Under the pieces are notes generated by a model. It was not told the DNA's origin. It did no database searches and was given only the letters and a program-made list of their open reading frames with translations. A program made the translations under genes and the position numbers. Positions 28,901 to 41,660 of a stretch of DNA of 64,000 bases are shown here, one piece after another (the stretch's first letter is position 1; each line of letters opens with the position of its first letter). The DNA is from the human T2T-CHM13v2.0 reference genome, Homo sapiens: NCBI RefSeq assembly GCF_009914755.1, contig NC_060928.1. The stretch is one strand, 5' to 3'.

Positions 28901-29878
28901 ACTATGAGCTCCTTTCCCACTTGAAGGCTGGCTGCAGATGTCAGCACTGGACTCCCTGGCTGTAAACAACAGCCCCATGGTGAGCTCAGGCTTTATGTTC
29001 TCTACCCAGCTTGGGGGTAGATAGGGTGGAGACCTCGGCAGTGCCGATGGCAGAAGGTTTTTCATTTGTGTCTTGGGGCTTCACCTCTGAAAACACAGGG
29101 CTACTGCCAGTCAGAATGATGAGCCTGGAATGGGACAGCTGTGTTGTAGGCCCTAGCTGGGGGGTTCTGCCTGGTGATGAGCAGAAAGGTAGAGAGGACT
29201 CATAGGGAAGAGAGACTGGACTCCTCTCCATATGATAGCTGTAGTATTCTGGAGGTGCCAGTAAAGCAGTCAGGCTCTTTGTCCCTTCCCCAACCCAAGG
29301 ACAGCAAGGAAGGTACTCATGCACTAGCAACAGCAGAAGGCTAGAAGTTGCCTCTGGGAGCTCCAACCCAGAGAGAGAGCTGCTATCAATGGAAACATTC
29401 AGCTAGGGATTGGGTGGCTGCACTGTAGGACCACGCCTGGGCCCTTCCTGGGGAAGAGCAGAGACTTGGGGGCTCACAGGGAACAGAGACTGGGCTTCTC
29501 TCTGTATGGCATTTACAGTGTGTTGGAGGTTTCATCAAAGGGCTTATGGTCTCTATTGTTTCCCCAGCCAGAAGGCAGCAAGGGTGCTACAACTGCAGCG
29601 GCATTGGCAGAGAGGCTGAGGGTTGTCTCTGGGAATTCCTCCCCAGAGAAACACAGAGCTGCCACCAACTGAAGTGCTCTTGTAGGGGTAGGGCAGTCTT
29701 GCTGAAGGCCCAGCTCAGGAGGCCCTGACCAATAGGAATAGCAGGGGCAGGGACCCACATAGAAAAATGTCCTGCCCACTTTTCTGTAAGTCAACTGCAC
29801 TGTGATGGAGGCCTGCAGTACTTCCTGGGCTCCCTCCTCAGCCAGATGACAGTAGTGGTTAGGGTTACAGAGGTGGCT
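22960..29878 (-). mobile_element. Near-full-length old L1 (L1PA15/16-like), degenerate
   Basis: Poly-T tail at ~22960-23010; ORF2 remnants (25013-25195 [16 protein letters not shown]); ORF1 remnant (27765-27986 PSPRHILI...KEKILKAAREK); GC-richer 5' UTR at ~28600-29870. Confidence 0.9.
26412..26829. mobile_element. MST-type MaLR solo LTR nested in the L1
   Basis: gtgttagtccattcttgcattgct...ggttctgcaggctgtacaggaagcat...catccaaattatatca; near-TSD atatg/gtatg. Confidence 0.85.
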
Positions 29879-30050
29879 TAGGATGATTCTTTATTGCGGG
29901 GGCTGTGCTGTTCATTGTAGGATGTTTAGTGCATCTCTGACCTCCCACCCATCAGATGCTATTAGCACCAACCAACCAGCATATAGAACCAAAAATGTTG
30001 AGAAGATTCCAATGTGCTATGAAGAGGCATGAAAAGCCCCAGATTGTGTT
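29879..30050 (+). mobile_element. MER20, right part
   Basis: ggatgattctttattgcgggggctgtgctgttcattgtaggatgtttagtgcatctctgacctcccacccatcagatgctattagcacc continues the MER20 consensus. Confidence 0.8.
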
Positions 30051-30789
30051 AGATGATGCAAAAGATTACACTATAAAACACAGATGAAAAGGCCACATTC
30101 CCCGCTAATGAGTACATCATAATCATAAGATAACACATATCTAGATTGTGTCATATATGTAATTTTGTTACTCCACAATCTTATCATTATCCTTCCTAGT
30201 CTCCTACGCTTTAAACCCTCTTTAAAATTCTGAAGAGAAAATTATTTGATCCCACCAGAACCAAGGACCTTCCAATGATCTTGTCCATATTTGAATACCT
30301 TTAGACCACTTATATGCATTGCCCTTTTCCTACTTTGAACTTCATGGTAATAATTATTATCATGCTCTTGCACATATACCCAAATGCCTTACTCGTCTCT
30401 GACTTTACTGGCTTAACTAAATCATCTTCCAGATTAACCCAAATTATACCTTCTGAACCAGAGAAAATGGCTGAGAAAAAGTATTCAAACATGACCACTG
30501 TTCTGACTATAAATTAAAGGTCATTAGCATGTAATAATTCCTAAAGAAGATAGGCAGTCACATTAAATATTGACTTCCATGTTCCTAGACCATTATTTCA
30601 TCCTTAAAGCAGCAATAGCATTTCCCTTGGCTTCATGTTTAGTAGTAGAGGACCTTGCTTCCCATTTTACTGAGAAAATACAAATACTCAAAGTAAGATT
30701 TTTAAAATTTGCATCACCATATCTTTCCCCACCTACATCTTTTTCCATGTTCTCCCTCAATTACATGGCTCACTCTTACTCTGTTCTTT

Positions 30790-32075
30790 CTTTCTTTGGC
30801 TTTTATTATAATTTTTATTGACACATAATAATCATATATATTTATGGGGTACACTGTGATTTCAATAAATGTATACAATGTGTAATAATCAAATCAGGGT
30901 AATTAGCATATCCATCACCTCAAAAATATTTCAATGGAAACATTCAAAATTATCTTTTTTAACTATTAGAAAATATACAGTAAGTTGTTGTTAATTATAG
31001 TACTCCTATTATGCTACAGAATATTAGAACTCATTTCCTCTACCTTGCTATAATTTTATGTTGGGTAATCAATGCTGAGCTATTACCTTCATCCTCCCTA
31101 CCCTTCTAAGTCTCTAGTAAGCATTACTCTACTTTCTACTTCTGTGAGATCAACTTTTTTAGCTTCTGCATGAGTTAGAACATGCAATATTTGTCTTTCT
31201 GTGTCTGGCTTATTTCGTATAACATAACATCCTTGAAGATCATCCATGTTGTCCCAAAGGACAAGATTTCATTTGTTTTTCTGGCAGAATAGTACTCTAT
31301 TATGTACATGTACAATATTTTCTTTTTCCATTCATTTCTTGATGGAAACTTAGGTTGATTCCATATCTTGGCCATTGTGAATAGTGCTGCAATGAACATG
31401 GGAATGTAGATACCGCTTCAACATAATGAATTTCTTTCCTTTGGAATATACATAGTAGTGAAATTGCTGGATCATATGCTACTTCTACTTTTAGTTTTTT
31501 GAAATATGTTTATATTGTTTTCCAAAATGTCTGTACTAATTTATATTCCTGCCAGAGACATTTGAACAAGAGCAACTCCATCTTGAACAGGAGCTGGGTA
31601 AAATAAGGCTGAAACCTACTGAGCTGCATTCTCAGATGGTCAGGCATTCCAAGTCACAGGATGAGATAGTAAGTCAGCACAAAATACAGGTCATAAAAAC
31701 CTTGCTGATAAAAAATGGGCAACCAGCAGCCCTCACAGCTGCTCTGTATATGGAGTAGCCATTCTTTTATTAATCTACTTTCTTAATAAACTTGCTTTCA
31801 CTTTACTCTGTGGACTCACCCTGAATTCTTTCTTGTGCAAGATACATGAACCCTCTCTTGGGGTCTGGATTGGGACCCCTTTCCAGTAACATTCCCACTA
31901 ACAGTGGATAAGAGTTCACCTTTCTCTGCTTTCTCATTTATTACTTTTTGATAATAGCCTTTCTAACCAGGGTGAGATATTTCATTGTGATTTTAATAAA
32001 CATTTCCCTAATGATTTGTGAGGCAGAGCACTTTTTCACATACCTGTTGACCATTTGTATGTATTCCTTTGAAAT
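30790..32075 (-). mobile_element. L1MA 3' fragment
   Basis: ORF 31175-31399 ([17 protein letters not shown]) is the ORF2 C-terminus; L1MA-type 3' UTR. Confidence 0.85.
31550..31891 (+). mobile_element. MER41 solo LTR, internally deleted, nested in L1MA
   Basis: tgccagagacatttgaacaagagcaactccatcttgaacaggagctgggtaaaataaggctg...gggtctggattgggacccctttccagtaaca; 4-bp TSD ttcc. Confidence 0.85.
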
Positions 32076-32361
32076 AATTTATTTAGTTCATTCTTTTTAC
32101 TTAAATTCGGGTTTAAAATTTGCATCACCGTATCTTTCTCTACCTAATAATTTTAAGTTTTTAATTTATTGTCAGAAAAGTTAAGAAACAATATTTTTAA
32201 GTCAAAGATGTTATGCATATTGGACAGATTATCTAGAGCCTGAGATAAAAACCTGTCCTTTCTTCTTCTTTCCCCTTCTTTGCTCACAATCTATCCTATG
32301 GATTAGAGTTCATGTTCACTTCTCTCACTTTTGCCTCTAATTTCTAACCTTGCTTGGAAGT

Positions 32362-32682
32362 AGAGGGTGGTACCTGTGGCCTGCAGGCCAAATCTGGCCA
32401 GAGATCATTTATTAAAATATATTTAAATGCCTGAAAAAATTATAAAGAAAATATTTTATAGCATGTGAATAGTACATGGAAATTCATATTTCAGTGGCTA
32501 GAAATGAAATTTCATTGACACATAGTCACACCTAATTTTTTATACATTGTTTATAATGGCTTGGACATTTTGCTACCAAAACAAAGATAAGCAGTTGCAA
32601 CAGACACTATATGACGAGAAGATCTGAAATATTTATTCCCTGGCCCTTTACAGAAAAAAAAAACTGTTTTTTGACCCTGCTC
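32362..32682. mobile_element. MER58-like hAT transposon
   Basis: gtggcctgcaggccaaatctggcc...gcagttgcaacagacactata...aaatatttattccctggccctttacagaaaa. Confidence 0.7.
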
Positions 32683-34231
32683 TAAGACAAAGCCAGATTT
32701 ATTAAACTGAGATTTATTGACGAATTCCACTGCAGAATTAGCATAAAAACTATTAACTACTTCACTCTTTCATAAAAATCTACATTTTTTCCAAAGAGGA
32801 AATCTATTGTGTTCATCAGAGCTGCATAAAAGTCTGTGAATATACATCAGTCTAAGAACTTTTCTCCCAATTGGGAAGAGGTAAGACATTGGCAATAATG
32901 GTATATGTATGTACTAATGTAAATTATTATTTGTAGATGTGTATCTACTCTTTTTAGTAAATGTTTTAGTTGAAAATATAAATGATTTTTTCTTTGATAG
33001 TGTCATTTTGGTACATAAACAGTAGGAATACATTTAAAACATTAATACTTTGTATTAATGATGGTGAAAATTTTTTTGGTTTAATGCCATGAATAATTCA
33101 GTTAAGCGAGGTTTATTCTTGCATGGCATCACTAGTCATCTATCTTCCCTAATTATTTTAAGTAACAGAAACCTTGCCATTGAGTGGGTTGCGTTATTGT
33201 AAGCAAGTGTTTGCCAAACTTGCCATTTCAAAAATTTACCATTTCATTCCCCACTTACGCTATATTTAATGATTTTTAATTAGTACTATTCAGTATGTTT
33301 TAAATAGAAAGTTTATGTAATCATAATCCAATCACAGGTTTGTTATGCAAGTATATGTACATTTTAAAAATAATTATTAATATAAGCATACAATGCAACT
33401 TCATGTACTGCATAAAATCATCTTGTACTTTTATTTGTTCATTCACATACAGAATATTTATTAAACATGTACTACATGGGGGATATTATTCCAAGGCACT
33501 GCAGATACAAGAGTGTACAAACTGAGGAATTTTCTGACATTACAAATAGCAATGTACATTATTTTTAAAAATTGTCTTTATGGTGAAGAGAAAAGATACT
33601 CTTTAGCAAAACATAGGGAACAGTGGGTTTAATTCTTCTTTGGTTTCTCTAGGGAAACCCCAAGAGAAAACCTATCTCAAAACCTATCTGTAATATTTTT
33701 TGTATGATTTATAGGCTAGATCCCTTCTCAGTTGTACTGAATTTTTTCCATTAAGATTTCTCTGCCAAATGTAAGGTGTTTATCATATTTATCATCTTTT
33801 TTTCTGGAAGCAATTAACATTCAAGAGCTAAAAAAAGAGAATTTATTGATTTTCCTTGATAAAAGTCCTTCCCTTTTACTTGTTACTCTAATAATTATGT
33901 TCTTAATATAAGAGAAATCTAAAGTCGTCATGACACTCGATAAGTAATACTGAGGTCTCGATATCCTCCAGACCCTGGTTTTGTCTGTCTTTCTTTTTTA
34001 AAATTCATTCTGAAGCATTCTAGCAGCACATCTAATAAGGCAAGATTTATTTCAAAATCAAAGAATTAATTAATAGAGACTAGTGCTTATTCCTATTATT
34101 TTGTGGTACTGTGTAACACTGCTAATTTTCAGCTAAATCAAACTTGCAATTAGGAAAAAGTAGTGCAAAAGTTATTACACACAAAATCCAAGTCATTTAG
34201 GGGGCTGAATGTGGCTGTCAGAACTATAGTG

Positions 34232-35646
34232 CATCAAGGAAAAGAGTCAAATTCTGTAAAATGTATAAAAGGTTTATATTGAGCCAAATATGAGCGACCA
34301 AGGCCCGTGACACAGCCCCAAGAGGTCCTGAGAATACGTGCCCAAGGTGGTTGGGTAACAGCTTGATTTTGTACACTTCAGTGGGACAGAAGTTACAGTC
34401 AGACATTGATCAATACATGTAAGGTGTACATTGGTTTGGTCCTGAAAGGCTGGATGACTTGAAGTAGAGGAGCTTCCAGGTCATAAGAGGATTCAAAGAT
34501 ATTCTGATTGGCATTTGGTTGAAAGAGTTATGTTATTATCTACATACCTGGAATGAACAAATAGGAGTGTCTGGGTTAAGATAAGGGGTTGTGAAAACAA
34601 CATTCTGCAGGTAGCAGTCTTTGGAGAGAATAGATGGCAAGTGTCTCTAATAATACCAAAAAAGGTGAAAGACTCTCAGTCTCTCCTGGATCAAAAAAGA
34701 CCTGAAAAGGTAAGGGGATTCTCTGCAGAGTGTAGATTTTCCCCCACAAGAGACAACTTTACAGGAGAATTTCAAAATATTCAAAGAAATATATTTTTGA
34801 GTAAAAATACTTTGATTTTTTTTAAGGAAAATGGATGTGCTGTGTTCAAGAATAGGCCAACTCAAACAGGTAGTCCAACATGAGTCAGCGAGTTTGGAGC
34901 ACAGGCACACAACTCTAACCATTATGTAACCTGTTTGTGTAAGCTCATACTTGGCTCTGAGCCACTATTTTCTTTAAGGAGTATAACTGTCCTGCCAGAA
35001 ATGGGGAGAGAGAGAGAGTAAAGCTGCTGATGCTGTGAAGAGTGCTGCTGCTGCTAATGTGCCTGCATGCATAAGACAGCCAGCCAACTTGGAGGCAGAC
35101 AGGAGAGATCAAGGAAGTGTCATGCACTCCAGAGAGTGCAGCTGCAGTTGTGGCGGCAGCAGAAGCTGCAGAGCTGCTGCTGGAACAGGAGAGAGAGAGT
35201 AAAACTGCTGATACTGTGCACAGGGCTCTCAGAGAGAGAGAATAAGGCCATGTCCCAGCTACCTACCCTCCCCCAGGTGTTCTTTCAGCTACCCACTACC
35301 CCTCCAACCACTCCCCTCGGACCTCAGCTCGGGCTATAACCTGACAGATTTCTTTCAGGCCTGTTATTATACCTGATGTGATGCTATTCTAGAGTCAGAT
35401 TGGAATTTGGTATTTTATTGTTACAGACTGCTTTGTCAGTCTTGAGATCTCTGTTTTAATCGTAATGCAGGTCAGTTTTGCCTGAATTCCAGAAGGACAG
35501 GAGTGTAATGGGGTATGTCTGACCGACCCATTTTCCTATTATGGCCAGAATTACTTTTTCAGGTTTACTTTGGAATGCCCTTGACCTAAAGGAGGGATCC
35601 ATTCAGTTGGTTGGGGGGACTCTTAGAATTTTATTTTTGGTTTACA
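34232..35646 (-). mobile_element. MER4-family ERV1 solo LTR, interrupted by a second LTR
   Basis: gaaaagagtcaaattctgtaaaatgtataaaaggtttatattgagccaaatatgagcgaccaaggcccgtgacacagccccaagaggtcctgagaa...ttttatttttggtttaca; TSD agtg. Confidence 0.75.
34821..35346 (+). mobile_element. LTR18-like (ERVL) solo LTR nested in MER4
   Basis: taaggaaaatggatgtgctgtgttcaagaataggcc...catgagtcagcgagtttggagcacaggcacac...cggacctcagctcgggctataacctgaca; gattt flanks both sides. Confidence 0.7.
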
Positions 35647-36149
35647 AGTGTCAGCAGGTAATGTTTTTATTTTTTACTTCACATTTTTTCCCTACTCCTT
35701 GTCAATATATATCTGAGCTCTGTCTCCAGGCTTATACCAATTGATGGCAATTGCCTTTACCTGGTCACTTTCTCAATATTGAAGTAGTAAATCAGTTGTT
35801 GGTAGGCCACTGACACAAGAAACACCTGGAGTAGACAGACGTAGCAGGATGCACCTGCACCCCAGAAAGGGATATTCCAGGAGGGACCCAAAACACTGTT
35901 CTGGGGCACAGCCTAAGGGCTTCCTATGGAGAAATTAGTATTCACACTTTAACTCTCCTTCAATTTGGAGTAATCTGAGACTCAGAGGCCATATATGGCT
36001 AGCAACTGTAACCTTAGAAAGGCTATACATTTTAGCTCTACCAGAATATTTTTTGCTTATTTATCTGCCTGCCCCCCTATGGACATTAAAAGCTCTGATA
36101 ATGAAGGTTTTAACTTATTTAATTCTTAATAAATTCCTATATTGGGTAA

Positions 36150-36468
<319 letters not shown>

Positions 36469-36619
36469 TAGGCCTTTATTTCTAAGTAGGAGTGGTTTCC
36501 AGTAACTGTCAGAAGTATTTTGAAAAGTGTTTTGTTGCAAACACTGACGTGTCAGTGAAGTAAACTTGCTTCTTATTTTCCTTCCAAAAGGAATTTAAGA
36601 AATAATTTGGGTTGATTAT

Positions 36620-37366
36620 TGTGAAATGGGAGTGTTCCCAGACCCCCCCTTGCAAGACCTGTGACAGGTGTGTCTGTTCAGCCACCACGCCTGCTCAAAC
36701 CTCTTACAGAAGGGGAAGCATGCAGATGGGCAGGTACAACAGCCAGAGCAAGCGCTTTAGGGCTCCAGCCCCATGGTAGCATCTACGGGTGGGTGCCCAT
36801 GACTCCCAAAGCCCAGGTGGGTGTGTATTACAGTGCACTCTTTTAGCTTTGCCATCTGTAGATGGCTTAAGTGTTAACCTCCTCAGTGCCCTCTTGGTAC
36901 CCTGGTCCTTGTCCGGCACCCAAGAAGAATCAGGTTGCACACAGATGAATAAGGGGGTTTTATTGAATGGTGGAGGTGGTTCTCAGTGGGATGGGTGAGG
37001 AGCTGGAAAAGGGATGGGGAGTGGGAAGATGATCTTCCCCTAGAGTTTGGCCATCCAGTGGCTGATCTCCTCTCTGATCATCCCCAGCCGAATTCCTCTC
37101 AGCGTTCACGTGCTGTTTCTTTGCCATGCCATTCTGCCATTCTTCTGCTCTTCTGTTCCTCTACTCATCTGCTTCTGGAGCTTGGGGTCTGGGGTTTATA
37201 TGGATACAGGATAGGGGGGCATGGTGGGCCAAAAGGCAACTTTTGGGCATAAAAACAGGAATGCCTGTTCTCATTTAGGGCTATGGGTTTCCAGGCTTGA
37301 GGGTGGGGCCTTTGCAGAGGAACCACTCTCTTCTACCTAGTATTTCCCTGTCTCCTGTTTGTATCA
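36620..37366 (-). mobile_element. ERV1 solo LTR (LTR1/LTR27/MER52 group)
   Basis: Minus strand starts tgatacaaacaggagacagggaaatactaggtagaagagagtggttcctctgcaaaggccccaccctcaagcctgg. Confidence 0.7.
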
Positions 37367-38438
37367 GTAGTTTTTCATTTAAATAAAATTAATTTGATTT
37401 TATCTAGTGCTTTGGGGTCTGTGTGTTTTTGTAACATAAGTATTTTTTATTCTTAACAGAAAGTTGACCTGACTAAAGAAGGAAAGCAGTACCTAAACCA
37501 GCTTGCAAAATTAAACCATAAGTTCTATTTATGGGATCAAGTCTGAGGACAAATAATGTATTTTAAAATCTATTATGTGGGTTTTCAAACTTATAGTACA
37601 CAAAGAATCACCTGGAGATAGTGTTAAAATGCAGGTCTGGTGTATCACCAAGATTCTGAGTCAGCAAGTTTGGCAAGAGGGATTCACAATTTGAGTTTTA
37701 ACAGGCACCAGTTGATGCTGATTCTGATGGTCTCATGTGGCACCCTCAGAGGAACAATAGAGTAAGTTTTACAACTTATTTGAACTTTACAAATGATTTT
37801 CTGATATTCATTTCTACGTAAGTTGAATTATCTAATCAGCTGCAAACAGCTGATAATTATCCACTGCAGATAATTATTTAATTATTTATAGAAGAAAGTA
37901 AAAGAACTATATAAATGATGATTTATAGAAAAATCATTTGAAATAATGAGTTTAATTTTATTATGTGAGTTGTTATTCATTAGAGAACTTGTAAATTTGT
38001 GATAAAAGAAATATTCCTATATTTCTTCATAACAGTGTGAACAAAATAAACAGAGGAAAACACACAGGTGGTCTCTATTAGTTTATAGTAGCTTTTGAGC
38101 TACTATAAACATATTCATATAAAAAACAAATGCAAAGTTTCACTTTTTAGTTTTTACTCCCTTATCTATGGTGATGAATTTTCCCTGCCTTTCACATACA
38201 AATGAAATACGAATCAAAGTGAACTGATATTTAAACACAGGACATTAACTATAGAAATACCTACTGTTAACTCACTTTAAAGATGTTATGAACTAAAAAT
38301 AGCAGCTTAATGTATCATTTACCTATAATTTTGTCTCCATTCTGTTTAATCATAATTGTGGCTAAGTGTATTTTTATACTCAATCTTGAATTATAAAATT
38401 AAGATAGAAACTATTCTCTCACTTTCTTTTTCTTCAAG

Positions 38439-41400
38439 AGAGCTGATACATCCAAAGAGGTAAGACACTTTCATTCACTGGAAAACTGGATAATAAAACA
38501 TGTATTGAACTTTTAATAGTTTCTTAATTTTTCAAAGAAATGTCATGGGTAAAGAAGAAAATTCTATGTAAGTATTTTCCTGATGATGTTGTGGAGTCTA
38601 AACATGTTTTATTCTCCTGGAAGAATCAATACTTACTTCTGAAATATGTGCATATTATGTATGGCTAATGTTGCACATTGATTGCATTTATTTACAGTAC
38701 ACTGACAAAAGTCTCAAATGTCTTGTAGAATTTAGATGGAAATTCGTAATACCAGTCTGAGGAAGATAATTATTCTCTGAGAACTTAGGTTAACATTGCC
38801 TGGTGAATAATTCCATTGGCCTAAAAAATGGTTCAATTTCAATTCTATTAAGTATAATATATAACCTACCATGCATAGATGCTGGCAATCACATACCTAA
38901 TAGAGTAAGTTCCCACCTTCTCATTTTTGGATGGTGATAAAGTCATTAAACTGGCTATCATATGTAAGATAGAAAATTTTATTTATTTTAACATATTTCT
39001 TAATGGGTGTATGCTTGATGTCTCATATTATTTTGAACTGTCATATCAATGTGATAGGATTTTTAAAATTATCCTTACTAATACAATAAATATATTGTTA
39101 AATATGGCACTGTATTAGTCAGGGTTCTCCACAGGGACAGAACTATAGGATATGTGTATATATGAAAGGGAGTTTATTAGGGAGAATTGACTCACACAAT
39201 CACAAGGTGAAGTCCTATGATATGCCATCTGCAAGCTGAGGGGCAAGGAAGCCAGCAGTGGCTCTGTCTCAGTGGCTTCAAAAGCCACAAAAGTAGGGAA
39301 GCTGATGGTGCAGCCTTCAGTCTGTGACCAAAGGCCCAAGAGCCCCTGGCAAACCACTGGAGTAAGTCCAACAGTCCAAAGGCTGAAGAACCTGGAGTCC
39401 GATATTCAAGGACAGGAAGCATTCAACATGGGAGAAAGATGAAAGCTGGAAGACTCAGCCATCCAGATTAGTTCACCTTCTTCCCCCTGCTTTTGCTAGC
39501 TAAGAGGCAACCAACTGGATGGTGCCCATTCACACTGAGGGTGGGTCTTCCTCTCCCAGTCCACTGACCCAAATGTTAATCTCCTCTGGCAAAATCCTCA
39601 CAGATGCACCCAGAAACAGTACTTTGCATCCTTCAATTCATTCAAGTTGACACTTAATATTAACCATCACAAGCACCCAATACAAAGATGCACAAAGAAG
39701 GAAGGTAGCTACTCGTGTTAACAGAAGAGAGTATTAAAGAATGTAGGAGTAGTGGCATGGAGAATCTCCACCTCCCCATAATACCCAAGGGTGGACAAAG
39801 TAGTAGCTAAAGGTATTATTTTTAAGAAGACTTCAGCCCAGTTTGGACTGATTGCCTGTAATCAGTGTTCCCACATGTATAATAAAACCACAAACTCTAA
39901 CAAACAGTGAAAATGTAAATGCTTTATCTTTTTTTTTAATCTTCTTTTAACCATTTGTGTTTTAGAAAAGGGACAATATCACTAATAGTTCAAGTGATTA
40001 TGTACATTATATAGAAGATACTAACAACTTTAACAATCTAAGCTTTTAAGAACAACAATTGTGAAACCTTTGCATGGTCATTGTCTGAATTCCCTGCAAT
40101 TTTCTATCTTCTTTTGTGTGTATCCAGGGGAGGTATCACTAATATAATACATATTTATAGTATCAGCTGTATCCAGCATACCCAACGTATTATCCTTATT
40201 CCTATCCATATGCTTACAATGCATCTTAGTAAACACAGGACATAATTACAAAGGTAAGCTAAGTCTAGTGACATGTTTTTACGATCCAGAAATATCAATG
40301 CTGACAGTTAAAAGAGGAAAAACAAGCACAAAGCATAAAACCAACAGCAGTTCCAGTCTAAAAATTGTAGTCTTCTGAAACCCCTTGAGATGTATTCATT
40401 TATTTAAGTGCTTCTGAGATAAAGCCTCTGTCCCACTATGGTTAAAAAAGTCTGGGCTCTGTGGAGAAGAGACCCTATCTTGGCCCTGACAACTACTGTT
40501 GTTAACTGTTGTTGTTTTTAAACCTCAGTTTTATCATCAACAAAATATGTATTAATATAATACTTAAGAACTTTAGAGAATTGGTGACGCTTCTGAAAGA
40601 TATGTGACATAAAATCTCTTGATCAGAAAAATGTATAGTTTTGATTGCAGGGTTTTCTGCCACTAAATCTGTCCCTGGATGTGGTTTAAATTTTGTGCCC
40701 CAAAATGTAATCTTTGGAAAAGCTGCATAAGCACCATCTGTAACACGTGAGAAATTTACATGTTATGGCCTAAGTAACTCTAATAAGCAATTGCCACGGG
40801 AACTAACGTAATACTAACAAGGGAATATAAAAATATTATCAATTTCCATTTTAGAAAGTGAGTTTTATCTTTCTGTGTACAAAATTAGTTGTTCCGAATT
40901 CTATGAGAGATTAAATATTTCACTACAAAATAAAGCAAACTTTTGGAGATAAAAGAGGACTGTTCTGAAATTCAACGTTGAAACGGTTCATAAGATTGCA
41001 ATTATTTTTCAGAGCATTTGGGAGATTGTATTCCAATAGGATTCCCTGTATCCATTAATGATATGGGAAGGAGACTGAACTTGATCCCCTAGGCATTAGA
41101 TAATAGCTAATGACATTTAATCGAGAAAGGATATATTACAAAATTATTTTGGGAAGTTAAATATGAATGCAATACTTAAGCTGTATGTAAGTCAGAGAAT
41201 AAAAGATGATGACGGAAAAACAAAAGAAATTTACATTAGAATTGCAGACAGTGGATAATAACTTTTGTTTATTCAGATACTCATTTAATGAGTATTTAAT
41301 TGTCTCCTGTGTGTCAAATGCTATTTTGGGTGCTGCATTATATTAACTAAAATTATCTATAAATATCTACTCTGCACCAGGCCAGAACCTACATGTATTT

Positions 41401-41660
41401 ACAGGAAGAAACATTTTACAGGCAATCTGTTATTTTCTTTTTCTGTACATATTTCAGTGGCAAATCCAGTTTCTACATGTGTATTTTCATCCCTGATGCC
41501 ACATCACGCTACCACCAGTTCTTGCAAAATTGACAGAAAGGCAATGTGAAATAAAACAAAGGCCATAATACTTGCCTTCTTAGTTGACCTTTGATTAGAT
41601 AGTTCTAATATCAAACTGCTAAACTGGTTTTACTGCTGTTCCGAGTAATAAAAAACTATT
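38439..41660 (+). pseudogene. Histatin/statherin/histatherin-like SCPP pseudogene: exon relics at 38439-38459, 38538-38567, 40128-40253 and ~41457-41660
   Basis: aag|RADTSKE|gtaag; aag|KCHG*RRKFY|gtaagt; cag|GRYH*YNTYL*YQLYPAYPTYYPYSYPYAYNAS*|gtaagc. The last exon resembles STATH exon 6 and has an AATAAA near 41646. Introns align with STATH introns. Confidence 0.88.
39111..39671. mobile_element. MLT2-type (ERVL) solo LTR inside the pseudogene intron
   Basis: tgtattagtcagggttctcc...gagaattgactcacacaatcacaaggtgaagtcc...ttcaagttgacacttaatattaaccatcaca; near-TSD ggcac/agcac. Confidence 0.85.

Noticed and set aside
28841-29800. Cluster of overlapping ORFs in a GC-richer block
   Set aside because: It is the 5' UTR of the old L1; higher GC lowers stop-codon density.
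32820-32890. Possible exon 1 of the HSTN-like pseudogene (cataaaa...gggaagag|gtaaga)
   Set aside because: Similarity to STATH exon 1 is too weak, and the unit alignment shows exon 1 was deleted at ~38020.
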